This document shows positions 40,512 to 53,479 of a DNA stretch of 64,000 bases, one piece after another. Made by a program: the position numbers and the translations under genes. Numbering within the stretch: position 1 is the first letter of the stretch; each line of letters opens with the position of its first letter. The stretch comes from Octopus sinensis. Taxonomy: Eukaryota. The stretch spans positions 38,936,001 to 39,000,000 of the forward strand of contig NC_043012.1 in assembly GCF_006345805.1 (NCBI RefSeq), read 5' to 3'. The notes under the pieces are model-generated. The model was not told where the DNA came from, made no database searches, and saw nothing but the letters and a program-made list of their open reading frames with translations.

Positions 40512-40569
<58 letters not shown>

Positions 40570-40600
40570 ATATATATATATGTATATCTATCTCTCTCTC

Positions 40601-40631
<31 letters not shown>

Positions 40632-41894
40632 ATGTACGATGAGTTTCTTTCAGTATCCGTTTACCAAATCCACTCACAAGGCTTTAGAAGACGCTTGCCC
40701 AAGATGCTACGCAGTGTGACCGGAGGCAGAACTATGTAGCTGGGAAGCAGGCATGTGTGGAGGCGCAGGTATCGGTGTGTGGGCGTGTGGGTGGGGTTTA
40801 TATATATATATATATATATGTTTCTGTGTGTGTGTATTATATATCAACCGGTGTTGGTGTGTTAACGTCCTCGTACTTTAGCGCTACGGCAAAAGTGACC
40901 GATATAATAAGTATTAGGATTAAAAAATAAATCCTGACCTCGATTTAATCAACTGCCCCCCCCTCCCAGCCGGTGCCCCATCATGGTCGCTCTCAAATGA
41001 ATGAAACAAGAAAAAGAATAAAGGATGAAATGAATAAACGAAATTACCTTAGCTGACCCCTGGGCATTTCTGTATAATCACCCGTCAATATGGACATACA
41101 ACCCATTTTGTGCATATTCTCTTTAACAAACAAACAAAACTCAAAATATTATCAGAAACAGCTAAAAAAAGAAGAAAAACAGCCTGTAATTCGATGTTGA
41201 ACGTACAACCTTTCTACTCTGCGTCGGTAAACTGGCTCAAAAACCAATCGTGCTCACTTATCAAAAGCATTAAAAGTACACTTGAAGCTGCATTACAAGT
41301 TGAAATAATTTAGCTGATATTTTATTGATCCCAGGAGCAAGAAATGAAGAGTCGATCCGTATGTTATCCGAAATCAGGCCGAACAGAGAAGTGACTAAAT
41401 GTGAAAATGCGCAATAGTTTCCGATGATTAATTGATTCTACGGTCAATCCGTTACCTGTCTAATAATTATACAAGAAATTAGAAAATTAATGGGAAAAAA
41501 CAGAAGGAAAAATTGTAGAAAAGCAGCAGCCACGGCATCGGTAGCTAATTTTATGGCAACAAAAATGACAATAGCAATAACAAAGCCAACATTGTCATGT
41601 GAACCGTAAGAGCAAGAACATGATAACATGTGGACTTAAAGTGGATTATCGACTTTCATTTATTAAAGCGGAATGTGTGTAAAGCGAAATAATAGAATAA
41701 AGTAACCAGATCGCCATTTTGTAAATAACACCTGTAGCTGAGGACTAATTAAGGTACCTATTGGCAGATAAAGGAATTCAGCCACCGATGATTAATTGAC
41801 TTTGCTATGAAGCTCCAGCTGAGGAGCTGCAAGAGGATCGGAAGAACAGACCTGCTCCAGCTCGATCTGATTTTAAGATGGCAGTTTGTCGACT

Positions 41895-41967
41895 GAGGAA
41901 ATCGAGAGGGTGAAGCAGTGGGAGAGTAAGAGGAAATCGAGAGGGTGAAGCAGTGGGAGAGTAAGAG
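41895..41967. repeat. Perfect 35-bp tandem duplication
   Basis: gaggaaatcgagagggtgaagcagtgggagagtaa at 41895 and 41930. Confidence 0.97.
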
Positions 41968-42000
41968 AAAAGAAAAGGAATCTAAATGACGAAGAGGAAT

Positions 42001-42076
42001 TCAATCCTAAATTAATTAGGATCGAGAAAATTAATTAGGATTGAGTGAATTAATTAGGATTGAGTAAATTAATTAG
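42001..42076. promoter_or_regulatory. 19-bp-period array of four AATTAATTAG words (candidate homeodomain-site cluster)
   Basis: AATTAATTAG at 42010, 42029, 42048 and 42067. The repeat is certain; the regulatory role is inferred. Confidence 0.4.
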
Positions 42077-42409
42077 AAACAATCCATTATGCAGGAAATG
42101 TGGGGAGAAAGTGAGAGAGAGAGAGAGAGAGAGAGTTGATGATTGCGAGTGCGCGAAGTAGTCTTCCTATTTTTTATAATTTTTTTATTTTTCATATAAT
42201 CGAATTCATAGAAACATATATGGAAATCCATCGATTGTCAGGAATTAAATCTAGGCACGTGATCATGAAGAATACTGTTTCCAAGTTTTGGAATAGGAGC
42301 GGTATTAACAGATTATTAAAACTCTCTGCTTAGCTGTTACTTCAGAGGGATGAAAGCCAACAGAAGCATTTGAATGATTTGGAATATAAATATTTTCAAT
42401 AATTATGTA

Positions 42410-42597
42410 AGGCGGATCGCTGGCAGATTCGTTAGCACGCCGGGCAAATTGCTTAGCGCCCTTTGGATCTCAGTTCAAATTCCGCCGCTGTCGACTTTGC
42501 CCTTCATTCATTCGGAGTCGATAAAGCAAGTACTAGTTAAGCACTTGGATCGATGTAATCGAATTATCACCTCCCTCGAAATTTCTGGCCTTCTACC
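42410..42597 (+). mobile_element. SINE family B (monomer)
   Basis: ggcgg..gctggcaga.tcgttagcacgccgggc.aa.tgcttagcg...agttcaaattccgccg..gtcgactttgcc. Confidence 0.85.
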
Positions 42598-42944
42598 GTA
42601 ATTGCAAACCAATAATTATGTTCATCTCACGTCTCTTGCTAGAATACTTGTCTTCTCTTTTTTTCATTGTATTTTACGGGAATTTGTTGATTATGTGAAC
42701 AGCAGTAACTTGTCTGGTGATTATCTTGTCAGTCTCTTAAGAAATGAATCGCTAGATCAACTTAGCATAAAAGGGGAAATAGCCCGAACGGAAGCAAATA
42801 ACATAAACCTTTTGTATTCGATGCAGTACATTTGTTCACTCCACCCGACCCATACACCCAACCCGAGGCACATACTCACGCATGTATATGTAGTAGACAT
42901 ACTCCTGTGAAGTAAATTCACTAATGACGTTGACCCGTTGCAAT

Positions 42945-43145
42945 AGGCACAGGACCTAGAATTTGGGGAGAGGGTCAAATCGATTATATAGAGCCCAATA
43001 CTTCACAGGAACTTTATTTTATCGATCCCGAAAGGATGAATGGCTAGGTTGAACCCAGCAGGTTTTGAACTCAGGACATAAAAACGGACGAAACGCCGCT
43101 CAGCAATTTGCCCAAAGCGCTACCGATTCTGCTAATTAACCCCCT
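42945..43145 (-). mobile_element. SINE family B (monomer), inverted relative to 42410
   Basis: gcacaggacctagaatttggggagaggg...ttatcgatcccgaaaggatgaa...gaactcag. Confidence 0.8.
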
Positions 43146-43912
43146 TAATCTTGACTATGGCAAAATACATTACTCCAATGTGCCGTGCAGTGAGATGGAA
43201 CTACAGGCATGTATATGAGAAGCGAACCTCATACCACATGACCGTGCCTATCACTTTAATGCTCTCATACAAATTTGCGAGAAGATACTCTCCACCGTTT
43301 GCTGGCTATTTACGGTAGCGAAGTAAAATGCAGATTTTACTGGACATGTTTGCTGTTTTTTTTTGTGTCTCGTCCACAGTTATGACCTCTTTTGAACACA
43401 ATGTATACGCCACTTTATAACGTGCACTTATAGCAAGGTTATAACAATACAAATATAAATCAGAAACAACACGTAACAAACAATATCTATTCTCCACGAC
43501 TTACACTACTTCCTTCATAAAGCACCGGAACCAACCACACTGTCTCTCACTGACAGTGCGCATGCGTCTTTATACAATTTAGGACAGTTGAATTGCTATC
43601 TCACATGTGTGTCAGGATTTCACCACAACAGGGTTGTAAACGAAATGGAATAAACGAGGTGCACAGATTCAGAGTGCAGTAAATTTACACTGAAATAATA
43701 CATATTATATGGGCAAGAACATCATAGTGTGATTGCCAAAGCTCATCAACGGGTATCGGCAACCAAATGCTATCACATTGGATATAAATATAGAAATCTG
43801 TAAATGTCCGCTGAGTTTATATAAAAGATTTGAATAAGAGAAGATGGGATAAAGAGGTAAATTCAGAATTGGAATATTTAAATTTTCATTACATTTCTGA
43901 TATATATGTGTG

Positions 43913-44012
<100 letters not shown>

Positions 44013-44074
44013 ATATATAAAAAAAAATATATCTATATATAGATATAGATAGATAGATAGATACACACACACAC

Positions 44075-44109
<35 letters not shown>

Positions 44110-45235
44110 CTATATATATATACAGACAATCGATAAACGAACAGTAAAGATTACAATAATAAACAGAATTCATAGAAGGTTCTAGCTTGACGCGCGGTAA
44201 AAAGAAAGAGAATTTGACGTATCGAGCATATAACGGGAAAGCGAAAAGTCCAAATAAAAAAAATCACCACCAGAACGTGTGTAGTTACATTGCTGAAGAG
44301 ACTGGAAGTGAAAAGAGACAGAGAAAGTAATTTTGTGAGGGAAAAAAGTGCGAAAGTGGCCAGTGAGTGTGTGGAACAATTAAAATGATCTTAATTTGAT
44401 GAATATTTGTTCGTAAACAGATTTGAATTGAGATACATTCAAACTTGTAAATCTGAGAAGCGTATTCAGTTCGATCCCTCGCACGTCTACCATCTTCTGT
44501 GCATGCGTCATTTCATCCACTGAGTTTGCGAGGATTTCCATGCGTAATATCTTCCATTTTAAACAGGAACATCTAATTATTGATGAGCTATAGTGAAGTT
44601 GTGAATAACTGATGAATGATGCGGGTCTGCTATCTTATTTTAAAAGTGCCTATATAAAGCTTATGGATCTTAATAGATATACCTTTCGTAAAACATATAC
44701 TTACAGGAATATCATAAACGCAAATTATAGTCATTTCATTACATCTTAAACCACATCTCAGCAATAGAGCTTGTACAACCTCAATAGTTTCGCTCGGCAC
44801 TACAGGTTATGGTGGCATCGGTGCAATCAGATGCTCTTTAAATGGTAATTCTTCGGCTCGTTCCATCGTGTGTCGTACAAAAGTTTCTGAAAACCATGAT
44901 TCCAAGGTAAAAGAAGAATTATATATTTGTAACAGTTCCAACTGAAGTATGTTCAACGCAAATATACATTTAATACGATATAGAAAAAAAAATCAAATAC
45001 GCATTTACGCAAATATATTTAGAATTGAAAATTAAAAAATGTTAATTTTATATGAAATCAGGAAATGTTCTCTTTGTGAGAAAAGAAACAGTAAAACTAA
45101 TCAGAGATATTTATCAACATGGCTTATCTGAGAAATACAACATCATGTTCCAAATGACAGTATCTTTAATCACTAATTCTAATTTCCTAATTAATTTTAC
45201 ATGTATTGAAACACAATAAACTGAATAAGGCATAA

Positions 45236-45276
<41 letters not shown>

Positions 45277-45299
45277 CATACACACACACGCATATATAT

Positions 45300-45428
45300 A
45301 GGCAGAGGCGTGGCTGTGTGTCAGGTAGCTTGCTTCCGGGTTCAGTCCCACTCAGAGGCATCGAGGTTAAGTGTCTTCTAGTATAGCCTCGGGTCGACGA
45401 AAGCCTTGTGAGTGGAAACTAGAAGAAG

Positions 45429-45463
<35 letters not shown>

Positions 45464-45605
45464 GTGTGTGTGAGTGTGTGTGTGCCTTTATCTGTGTCTG
45501 TGTTTGTTCCCCTGTCATCGCTTGACAATTGATACTGGTGTGTTTATGTAAATAATTCCTGGGGTCAATTTCTTCGAGTAACACCCAATAAGGTGGTGCT
45601 CCAAC
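45300..45605 (+). mobile_element. SINE family A, internally deleted
   Basis: gcgtggctgtgtg..ggtagcttgcttccgggttcagtcccact...gtgtcttcta.tatagcctcggg.cgac.aagccttgtgagtgga. Confidence 0.85.
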
Positions 45606-45613
45606 ATGTCTAC

Positions 45614-45644
<31 letters not shown>

Positions 45645-46215
45645 TATATTGTTTGAAGGCTAATGGTGATCAGTATGCGTGCCACTTTCTACGGTGTTCA
45701 GTAGGTGTGGCGGTGTGGCGGTGGGCAGAGTCAGGATTATGATGGCGTAAGTGTTAAGATCTATAAATAGAAGAGAGAATAAAAAATGTGTATGGCTCAA
45801 GACGTAGAAGGGGCGAACAGTAACTAAGGTGGGAAAACATGAAGACGGATTGATTTCTGAGACCTGCGACTTAATTCGATGTATTACGTCGCCAGAGGGT
45901 GACAACCGCACACACACGCACACACACACACGCACGCACTCATAAGCCTGTACTTACATGTTTGTATATAATGTATTTATTGTAAATGTGCACACACACA
46001 CTCATATATGTGTGTACATATATGTATATATACAAACGTACTTATACATATAAATATATATATATTATAAATATACATATATATATATTATATATATCTC
46101 TACATATATATATTTAAAATATACATACATGCATACATAGATATACATACATATATATATATATGTATGTATATATATATGTATATACATAAATATATAT
46201 ATATACATATATATA

Positions 46216-47469
46216 CAGTGTGGGGAAGCAAAATTTACAATATTTTGAAACAGAGATTGAAAGACAATATATGATCAATTTGTTTATTGAAAGTCATGAG
46301 AATTTATTTGCCGTAAGAGAATATACATAATAGAAAATGTTTTTATTCTATATGTCCTCCTTCTTTCTCAATAAAAGTCTTCACACGCTTCCTGAAACTT
46401 GCGCACCTGTTCCTCAAATATTCGGGTGACACCTTCTCCCATTCTTCTTTAATGGTATCTTTAAGAGAGTCGACGTTGCTGTGTGATGTTCTATTGGTAG
46501 CATGTTCTAAAACGCACCAAATAGCATAATCCAGAGGATTTAGATCTGGGCTAGAAGGCGGCCATAAACATGATTCCAAAAATTTGCTAAAGTTGGATTT
46601 GCAGAAATCTTGTATTCTTCTAGCTCTGTGGGCTAGAGGACCATCCTGTGTCCATATTTAATTACCATCTGAGTAGTTTGCTTTAAGCCATGACAATACC
46701 TGGTATCTCAGAGTCTTGTAGTAAATATTAATATTGACCTTTTCATCAGCTTCGTAGAATTTTATTGGCATTTCTTTCCATCGGAAACACCAAAAGCCAA
46801 AACTTGAGCAGGATGTTTTGTTTTGAATGTCCTCTTAACCTCAGCTGTTGATTTTGCGATAAATCTGTCATTTCTGCGGTTCAGAACAGCATCGGCAGTG
46901 AAGATCTTTTCATCTAAAAAGATTGTTACAATGGAGGACTTTTTCTTGAAACATGTTATAATTTTCTTGCACCTTTCCAATCTCTTTTCCTTCATAGCTG
47001 TTGTCAACAAGTGTTTTGGTGTTCTTGTGTGCGATTTTAACCTCAAATCGTATTTTACTGCATTTCTAATGGTCTTGTTGTCCACCTCAAGTTCAATTGC
47101 CATTTTCCTCATGGATTTGGTTGGATCCTTTAGGATTTTGGATTTGAGAGCATTAATGAAAGCTTTGGTACATTTTTTGTTGATTCCTCCACTTCCAGAC
47201 TTCCTCGTAATGATTTTGCTCATAGTCATTCTATTCTTTACATTATAAACAGGCTTTAAGGAAACTTCAACTATTCTTGAAATCTCCTTTGGTGTGACGA
47301 GTGGATTCAGCAAACTACACACTCTTTGACTTTTGCTTTCCTGATTACTCATATGGGCAAAATTTTCTGAAAAGGTAAGGATAATAGCATTAGGTATGAT
47401 TATGACATCAATATATGCTAGGTTTCAAAATAACTTAACGTTCATTGTAAATTTTGCTTCTCCACCCTG
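46216..47469 (-). mobile_element. Full-length maT (DD37D) Tc1/mariner transposon, 1254 bp
   Basis: 26-bp TIRs cagtgtggggaagcaaaatttacaat (46216-46241) and its inverse at 47444-47469 (24/26 match), TA on both sides, transposase pseudogene inside. Confidence 0.95.
46343..47352 (-). pseudogene. DD37D transposase pseudogene
   Basis: IFLDEKIFT..NRRNDR, WTQDG, WPPSSPDLNPLDY. After repairing one frameshift there are exactly 37 residues between the 2nd and 3rd Asp. Lesions: frameshift near 46770, stop near 46660, frameshift near 46580. Confidence 0.92.
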
Positions 47470-47612
<143 letters not shown>

Positions 47613-47829
47613 ATACAAATAGCGGTGCCCCAGCATGCCCACAGCTTGTGAGTTGAAACAAGATAAAAGAAATAAATAAATATATAGGTAGAATTCACAA
47701 AAAAACAAAAGACGAAGACAGGTGGTGTAGACAATAAACAGATGTATTAGTATAGCACTCGGGAAGTGAAAAAGTATATATAAAATCCCATTATAATAAT
47801 GCATACTTGCAGAATATTTCATCTTTGAC

Positions 47830-47893
<64 letters not shown>

Positions 47894-47997
47894 GGGATTT
47901 TATATGTTTACATACAACCATATATATATATAAGTATTTGTACATATATACATTTACATATATATTTTTGTTATATATACATACATACATACTATAT

Positions 47998-48043
<46 letters not shown>

Positions 48044-48405
48044 GATTGTCTGCACGTGTATACGTATTTGTATATACATATATACCATGAAATTATTCGA
48101 TAATCGACATCAAAAAAGATAATAATAATTGGCACCAATTTATTTTGTGGAAACATGTAAAACGTTCTGTTTATTTGAGTGAATTTCTTTCTATTGATGC
48201 CATTAATGTTCTTCCAACTGAAGTGATATTGCTGAATACGACCGAATGTCGGCTGCTAAAAAAATCTTTGGACAATGAGGTGGACATGTTGGAAATTAAG
48301 TGTCTAAGGATAAAATCCATTTAAATACATATATTCGTTCACTTATCAAATTCACGTATTAATTGAATTACATATAGAAACAATCCTACAGTGTTTACGT
48401 ATAAG

Positions 48406-48443
<38 letters not shown>

Positions 48444-49387
48444 ATATATATAATATATATATATATTATACATATATATATATATATTGGACGAGGTTTT
48501 GGTATGATATTTACTATGGCTTGATATATGCTGCAGATATATATAGAAGTATACACATACGCTGATACGAAAATGCATATAAATGTGCATATGTATATGT
48601 ATAAATATATAAATATGGATGTATGTATCTATCTATACACAGACACACACACCTACGCACGCACATACACACACATATCTATACACCTATATATTTATAT
48701 GTATTTATATTTATATGTATATATACATACCTACACACAGACACACGCACCCATACATATATATAATATATATACGTGATTGTGTTTATACGTGTGTTTC
48801 TCTGTATGTGTGTGTCTTGTGTGTGTGCGGGTGAGTGTGAGCTTTGTGAGTAAATATGGAGTTAATGTCTCGAATGATGGACATTTATGTAGAAATGAAT
48901 TCTCTGGTTTGGTGGATGGAAACGATCCAAAAAGAAGAACCATGCTTTTAAAATGCATTAACGGCAGAAGGCGATTAGACTAAATATACATGAAATGGAA
49001 CCTCTTGGGCTGGAGAGACATACACACACACACACACCTATACACATACACAAATGTACCTACGTATCCATACCCAAAGACCTATTCACATACCACTATA
49101 TACTTAAACACACTCATTCTTGTACCAATATATATACTCTGAATGTCATACAAGTACTCACACATACCCAAATATACATACACACATACATACATATGTA
49201 TTTACACACACACCCATATTTTTATATACATATATATATATATTCATATATACTTATATTTGCATTATATATGTTTATATATCCGCATATATACATATAC
49301 ATATATATATATATATATACATATATAAACATATATATATATATATATATACACATTCATATATATATATATATATATACATACATA

Positions 49388-49418
<31 letters not shown>

Positions 49419-50671
49419 CATACATATATGGATATGTATATGTGTGTGCGTATGTGTATGTGTGTGTGTGTGTGTGGAATACACGGATAATAAAAAACGC
49501 GCACACACTCTCATAAGGTGTTCTTTCACGTGAAAAACAACCTAATGGCGATCAGCATGCGTGTCTTTCTGAGCGATGTTGAGTAGGCTTTGGTGAGGAC
49601 ATTTGGCATTTGATGGCGAGAGAAAAAGTAAACATGGGAGGATTATGGGAAAGTAAGATTTAAGAGTTTGTATAAATAGTAAAGAGAATAAGTAAAGGAG
49701 GCATATAGCAAGCAGGACAAACATATGAATAGGAATGGCGAAGAGAAGAAGACAAAAGAAATTGTGTGAGTTGGTCGTTAATACGATTCCTCTGTCACGT
49801 GACATAAGGCAGACGTGATGGCTTCTCGGTTGCAGAGCGGCACGTAAGAAAACATTTTATTCAGCTGTTCTCTGTTCGAACTGCTTTCGTGTCAGCAAAT
49901 TGCGTGGAATCCTTTGAGATGTTCCCCCCAGCTTTTGATTTCATTGAAACTGGCAATAGCGGTTTCGTTAGAAGAGAGATCACTTTTTATAGAAACCTGC
50001 GTGGATATGACTTTGGGGCGCACATTTGGGAAGGAGACCCCTTATATGTAGATTTCTAATGACTGGTGACATGCGATTCTGCCCTGTATATTTATTTGTC
50101 AGGGGATTTGATTTGCTGAACGAGTGTTAAAGTAAAAGTAATTACAGGGGATCTGTCTGTTTTATCCATAACATCATAAAAATATTGATTCTGGCCACAT
50201 CACATCTGTTATTAACAGACCTCTGGAAATTGCTTTTCCTGATTATTAACCTCAATCCTGTCGGGATGCGCAAAATTCTTTGGCTTCAAGTCAAAATTTT
50301 ATGAACAAAGGTCAGTAAAATTTGAAATATTTTTGCAAACCATAAAATACTCTCTTCAGCATTTCGACATTGTTTTCGTACAGCTTTTAAAAATGTTTCC
50401 CTATTTCACATATATTTCTGTTTAAACAAACATTTTGCATCTTAACGATGTACATCATATATCTTTTATCTTTTACTTGTTTCAGTCATTGGAATGCTGT
50501 CGTTTTGGAGCCCCTGCTTGCCGGATTCTGCCGAGAAATATCGGTCACACATAATTTCTTTCTTTTCTTTTCCCCTGGCTCTTATTTTATCATATCTTTT
50601 AGAAAATCGCTTAGCAACCAGGAAGTAAACAATTAAGCCTGTAGAGATCAGGGATAAATAGAAACATAAAG

Positions 50672-50733
<62 letters not shown>

Positions 50734-50778
50734 ACACACACTCACACGCACACACACACATACACACACATGCATATA

Positions 50779-51797
50779 CAGGTGAGTAAGATATTTGAGG
50801 ACAGATTTATGTTTAAAAAAATAAACAGATATATAATAACAGATAATAACTTTATTTATCAAAAAGTGCTATGAGGATAGAAATAAACCTTCTTTTCTCT
50901 AATGGTATTCAATAATATCACCTTCAGCTTCAACAACTGCTTCTACATGAGATCTAAATCATCTACATGATCGAATCAATTGGTTCTGGTTCATTTTGGA
51001 CATTGCTGTGACTATGGCAGTTTTCAAAGAATATTTGGTGTTATGGGTATGTTCGTTGACCTCTCTCTCAAAAATGCTTCACATGTACTGAGATCTGGGG
51101 AATTAGGAGGACAAATGTTTCGGATTATGTGATCATAAAAATTTTCAACCATCCATTCCTGTGTTACTAGAGCCATGTGTGATAGTGCAGAGTCTTACTG
51201 AAATACGCATGACCTTCCATTCCATACAGTGTCTATCCAGGGCTTAACAATTATTTCCTGGACCTCAATGTAGGCGGTAGAGTTAACGCTAAGGCCCTGT
51301 GGAAAGAAGAAACGAAGCATCACATTTCCTTCCTTGCTGACAACCCCTAAAACCATGAGAATTGCTGGAAATTTTGTATGCATAACACTTGGAATTTCAG
51401 AAGGGTCGGTACATAACCATCTGTCATTTCTTCTGTTAACTTTTTGATCTTGGTCGACGTTTTTCTCGTTTGAGAGAAACCAAATCAAATCATCTTCTGC
51501 TGGATTTTTCTGCTTGTTTAAGAGCCTTTTAGATCTGATGTAGTTATTTTCTTTTCCTTTTTCTAATAAATTGACCTTTTCTCATCATATAAGACTTATA
51601 TCTGATGTCTTCGTGGACAACATTTCTGACTGCTCCTTCTGACAAATGGAAATCTTTTGCAATTGACCTCATGGACTTTCTGGGATTGTAATCAATGGTC
51701 TGTTGAACTTGTTGGATAGATTCAGATTTTCTCTTGATTTCAGGGCATTTAGAATGCTTTTTATGCTTTAATACTGGTGATATGTTTTTGCTCAAAC
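50779..51797 (-). mobile_element. Second, diverged maT-like transposon, 5'-truncated at the PLE junction
   Basis: NPRKSMRSIAK, KVNRRNDRWL, HTKFPA..MVLGVVSKEG, VFQ*DSA, PPNSPDL; TA-cagg terminus at 50777-50782; other end missing. Confidence 0.85.
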
Positions 51798-52252
51798 AAA
51801 AATACCTATCTCTACTTATAGAAAATGGCATACAGCGGGCTATAAAAATACCTATCTCTACTTATAGAAAATGGCATACAGCGGGCTATAAAAATACCCA
51901 TACAACAACTTAGGACAACCCAAGGAAGAGGAAAACAAGAACAAGTGACACACATTCATAGTGACACACAACCCATGTCACCAGAATATCTTCAAGATTG
52001 CCAAAGCAAACCTACCAATCATTGCCCAAAGTAATGAATTAAAAGACATAATCACGGATCGAGCTATGGTGCTTAGTAAAAGACAGCCTAAAAACTTGAA
52101 AAATTATTACAAAGGCAAAATTTGACCTTAGCAACAAAGACCAAACATTCACTGTATCTAAATGCAATGATAGCCGATGTGGCACATGCCAATTCATACA
52201 TACCGTCCAATATATAAACACAAAAACCCGTAAAATATTCACAAACGCGAAT

Positions 52253-52543
52253 ATGAACTGCAAAAGCAGAAATTTAATTTACTGCATCAAATGCCCAAAT
52301 TGTGAAGAAATATATGTAGGTCAGACGGGAAACACACTATCAGAACGTTCACGTGTACACCGGCAACAGATTAGAGACCCAGAGGTCCGTCAGATACCTT
52401 TGAGTAACCACCTAGCAACATGTGGCCGGAAAAGGTATATAATATTTCCGTTCTACAAATTACACAGCCCAAGTGAAATCGAGAGGAAAATCAGAGAAAA
52501 GAATTTTATTGATAAATTCGAACCCAAGCTAAATAAGCAATAA
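52253..52543 (+). CDS. GIY-YIG endonuclease domain of the PLE (frame open over this domain; part of a broken ORF)
   Basis: NLIYCIKCPNCEEIYVGQTG..L..R..H ... R..RE..FI....P.LN. Confidence 0.9.
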   Translation: MNCKSRNLIYCIKCPNCEEIYVGQTGNTLSERSRVHRQQIRDPEVRQIPLSNHLATCGRKRYIIFPFYKLHSPSEIERKIREKNFIDKFEPKLNKQ

Positions 52544-53040
52544 TAATAATAATACTTAGAGGTATTACTTCCACTGCTACGACCATGACCACTAACAACA
52601 ACAACAATACTAAAGGTGATCAAGATGAAGATAGCAGGAAAATTATCTTATTTAGGGTTAAAAGTTCTATTGCCACCACCATCACCACTAGCAACAATAA
52701 TTAAGGTGCTGACAATGATGATGATGACAATTGAAATATAAAAATATAAAAATCTCTGACAAAGGATATTTACAACATTTCTAAAAATAACCCAACAATT
52801 GCTGCTTCGGCCAGTGTCAAGATACAGGACTCTTGACATGTCCAACAAAGCGTGACGCCTAAACCAATCAGCTCAACCAACCAATCAGCTTAAGTAATTG
52901 AGTGATACTACACACTGATTGGTCAGAATACAGTTTGCAAAACCTAGCACTCTGGAGCCTGCCCAGCTGTATTTATAGCACAGAATCAATCATCTTGCTA
53001 CAGTCAAAAATTGTGACGCATGACTGTCACCACTACTACA

Positions 53041-53085
53041 TGAACCCGAAGATTGCAGAATTTAATGCATGAAAGTACTAGTTCA
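53041..53085 (+). ncRNA. Minimal type-I hammerhead ribozyme motif (core U4 changed to C)
   Basis: UGAAC-CCGAAGA-U[UGCA gaauuuaa UGCA]U-GAAA-GUAC-UA/GUUCA: 5-bp helix I, 4-bp helix II, palindromic AGUACU helix III. Confidence 0.8.
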
Positions 53086-53242
53086 ATCAGAATGAACATT
53101 TAACATTCTACTATTTTATTTTATTCAATTATAATATATTATCTTATAATATATCATTATAAGATTGTAAATAAAACGTGAAAATCAGACAAGGTTGGAA
53201 TTCCTTTTATTAATATATTCTTCTATACACAATCACACACAC

Positions 53243-53288
<46 letters not shown>

Positions 53289-53339
53289 GCATATATAAAT
53301 ATATGTACTTCATACATATTTATATATAAGAAGATATAT

Positions 53340-53370
<31 letters not shown>

Positions 53371-53479
53371 TATTCACATGCATGCACACACACACGCACG
53401 CACGCACACACGCACACACATAGACACTTGCGAGTGCATATCAATATGCATACATGTTCTCTAGTAAATTCAATTTAGT

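Larger units (their letters stand above)
51798..53215 (+). mobile_element. 5'-truncated Penelope-like retroelement, Neptune-type
   Basis: Frameshifted RT C-terminus (LIENGIQRA..IPI, THNP..NIF, SKRQPKNL), linker KCNDSRCGTC, GIY-YIG ORF, ccaatcag repeats and a hammerhead in the 3' region. The first 46 bp are tandemly duplicated. Confidence 0.9.

Noticed and set aside
41895-42076. CRISPR-like repeats (also 24433-24497 and 51798-51898)
   Set aside because: Head-to-tail tandem units without unique spacers, no cas genes, eukaryotic context
42602-42910. 102-aa ORF (EFVDYVNSSNLSGDYLVSLLRNESL...)
   Set aside because: The pyrimidine tract ends in acgg rather than AG, there is no good donor, and no homology was recognised
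44230-44360. IRF/ISRE-like words (gaaagcgaaaag, ggaagtgaaaag)
   Set aside because: Expected in purine-rich, A-rich sequence; no independent support
51085-51200. Apparent DD37E catalytic spacing in the second maT (D...PDLSTCE)
   Set aside because: The NPLDY codons appear deleted; the E comes from the shifted YVWS codons, so it is not a real DDE variant
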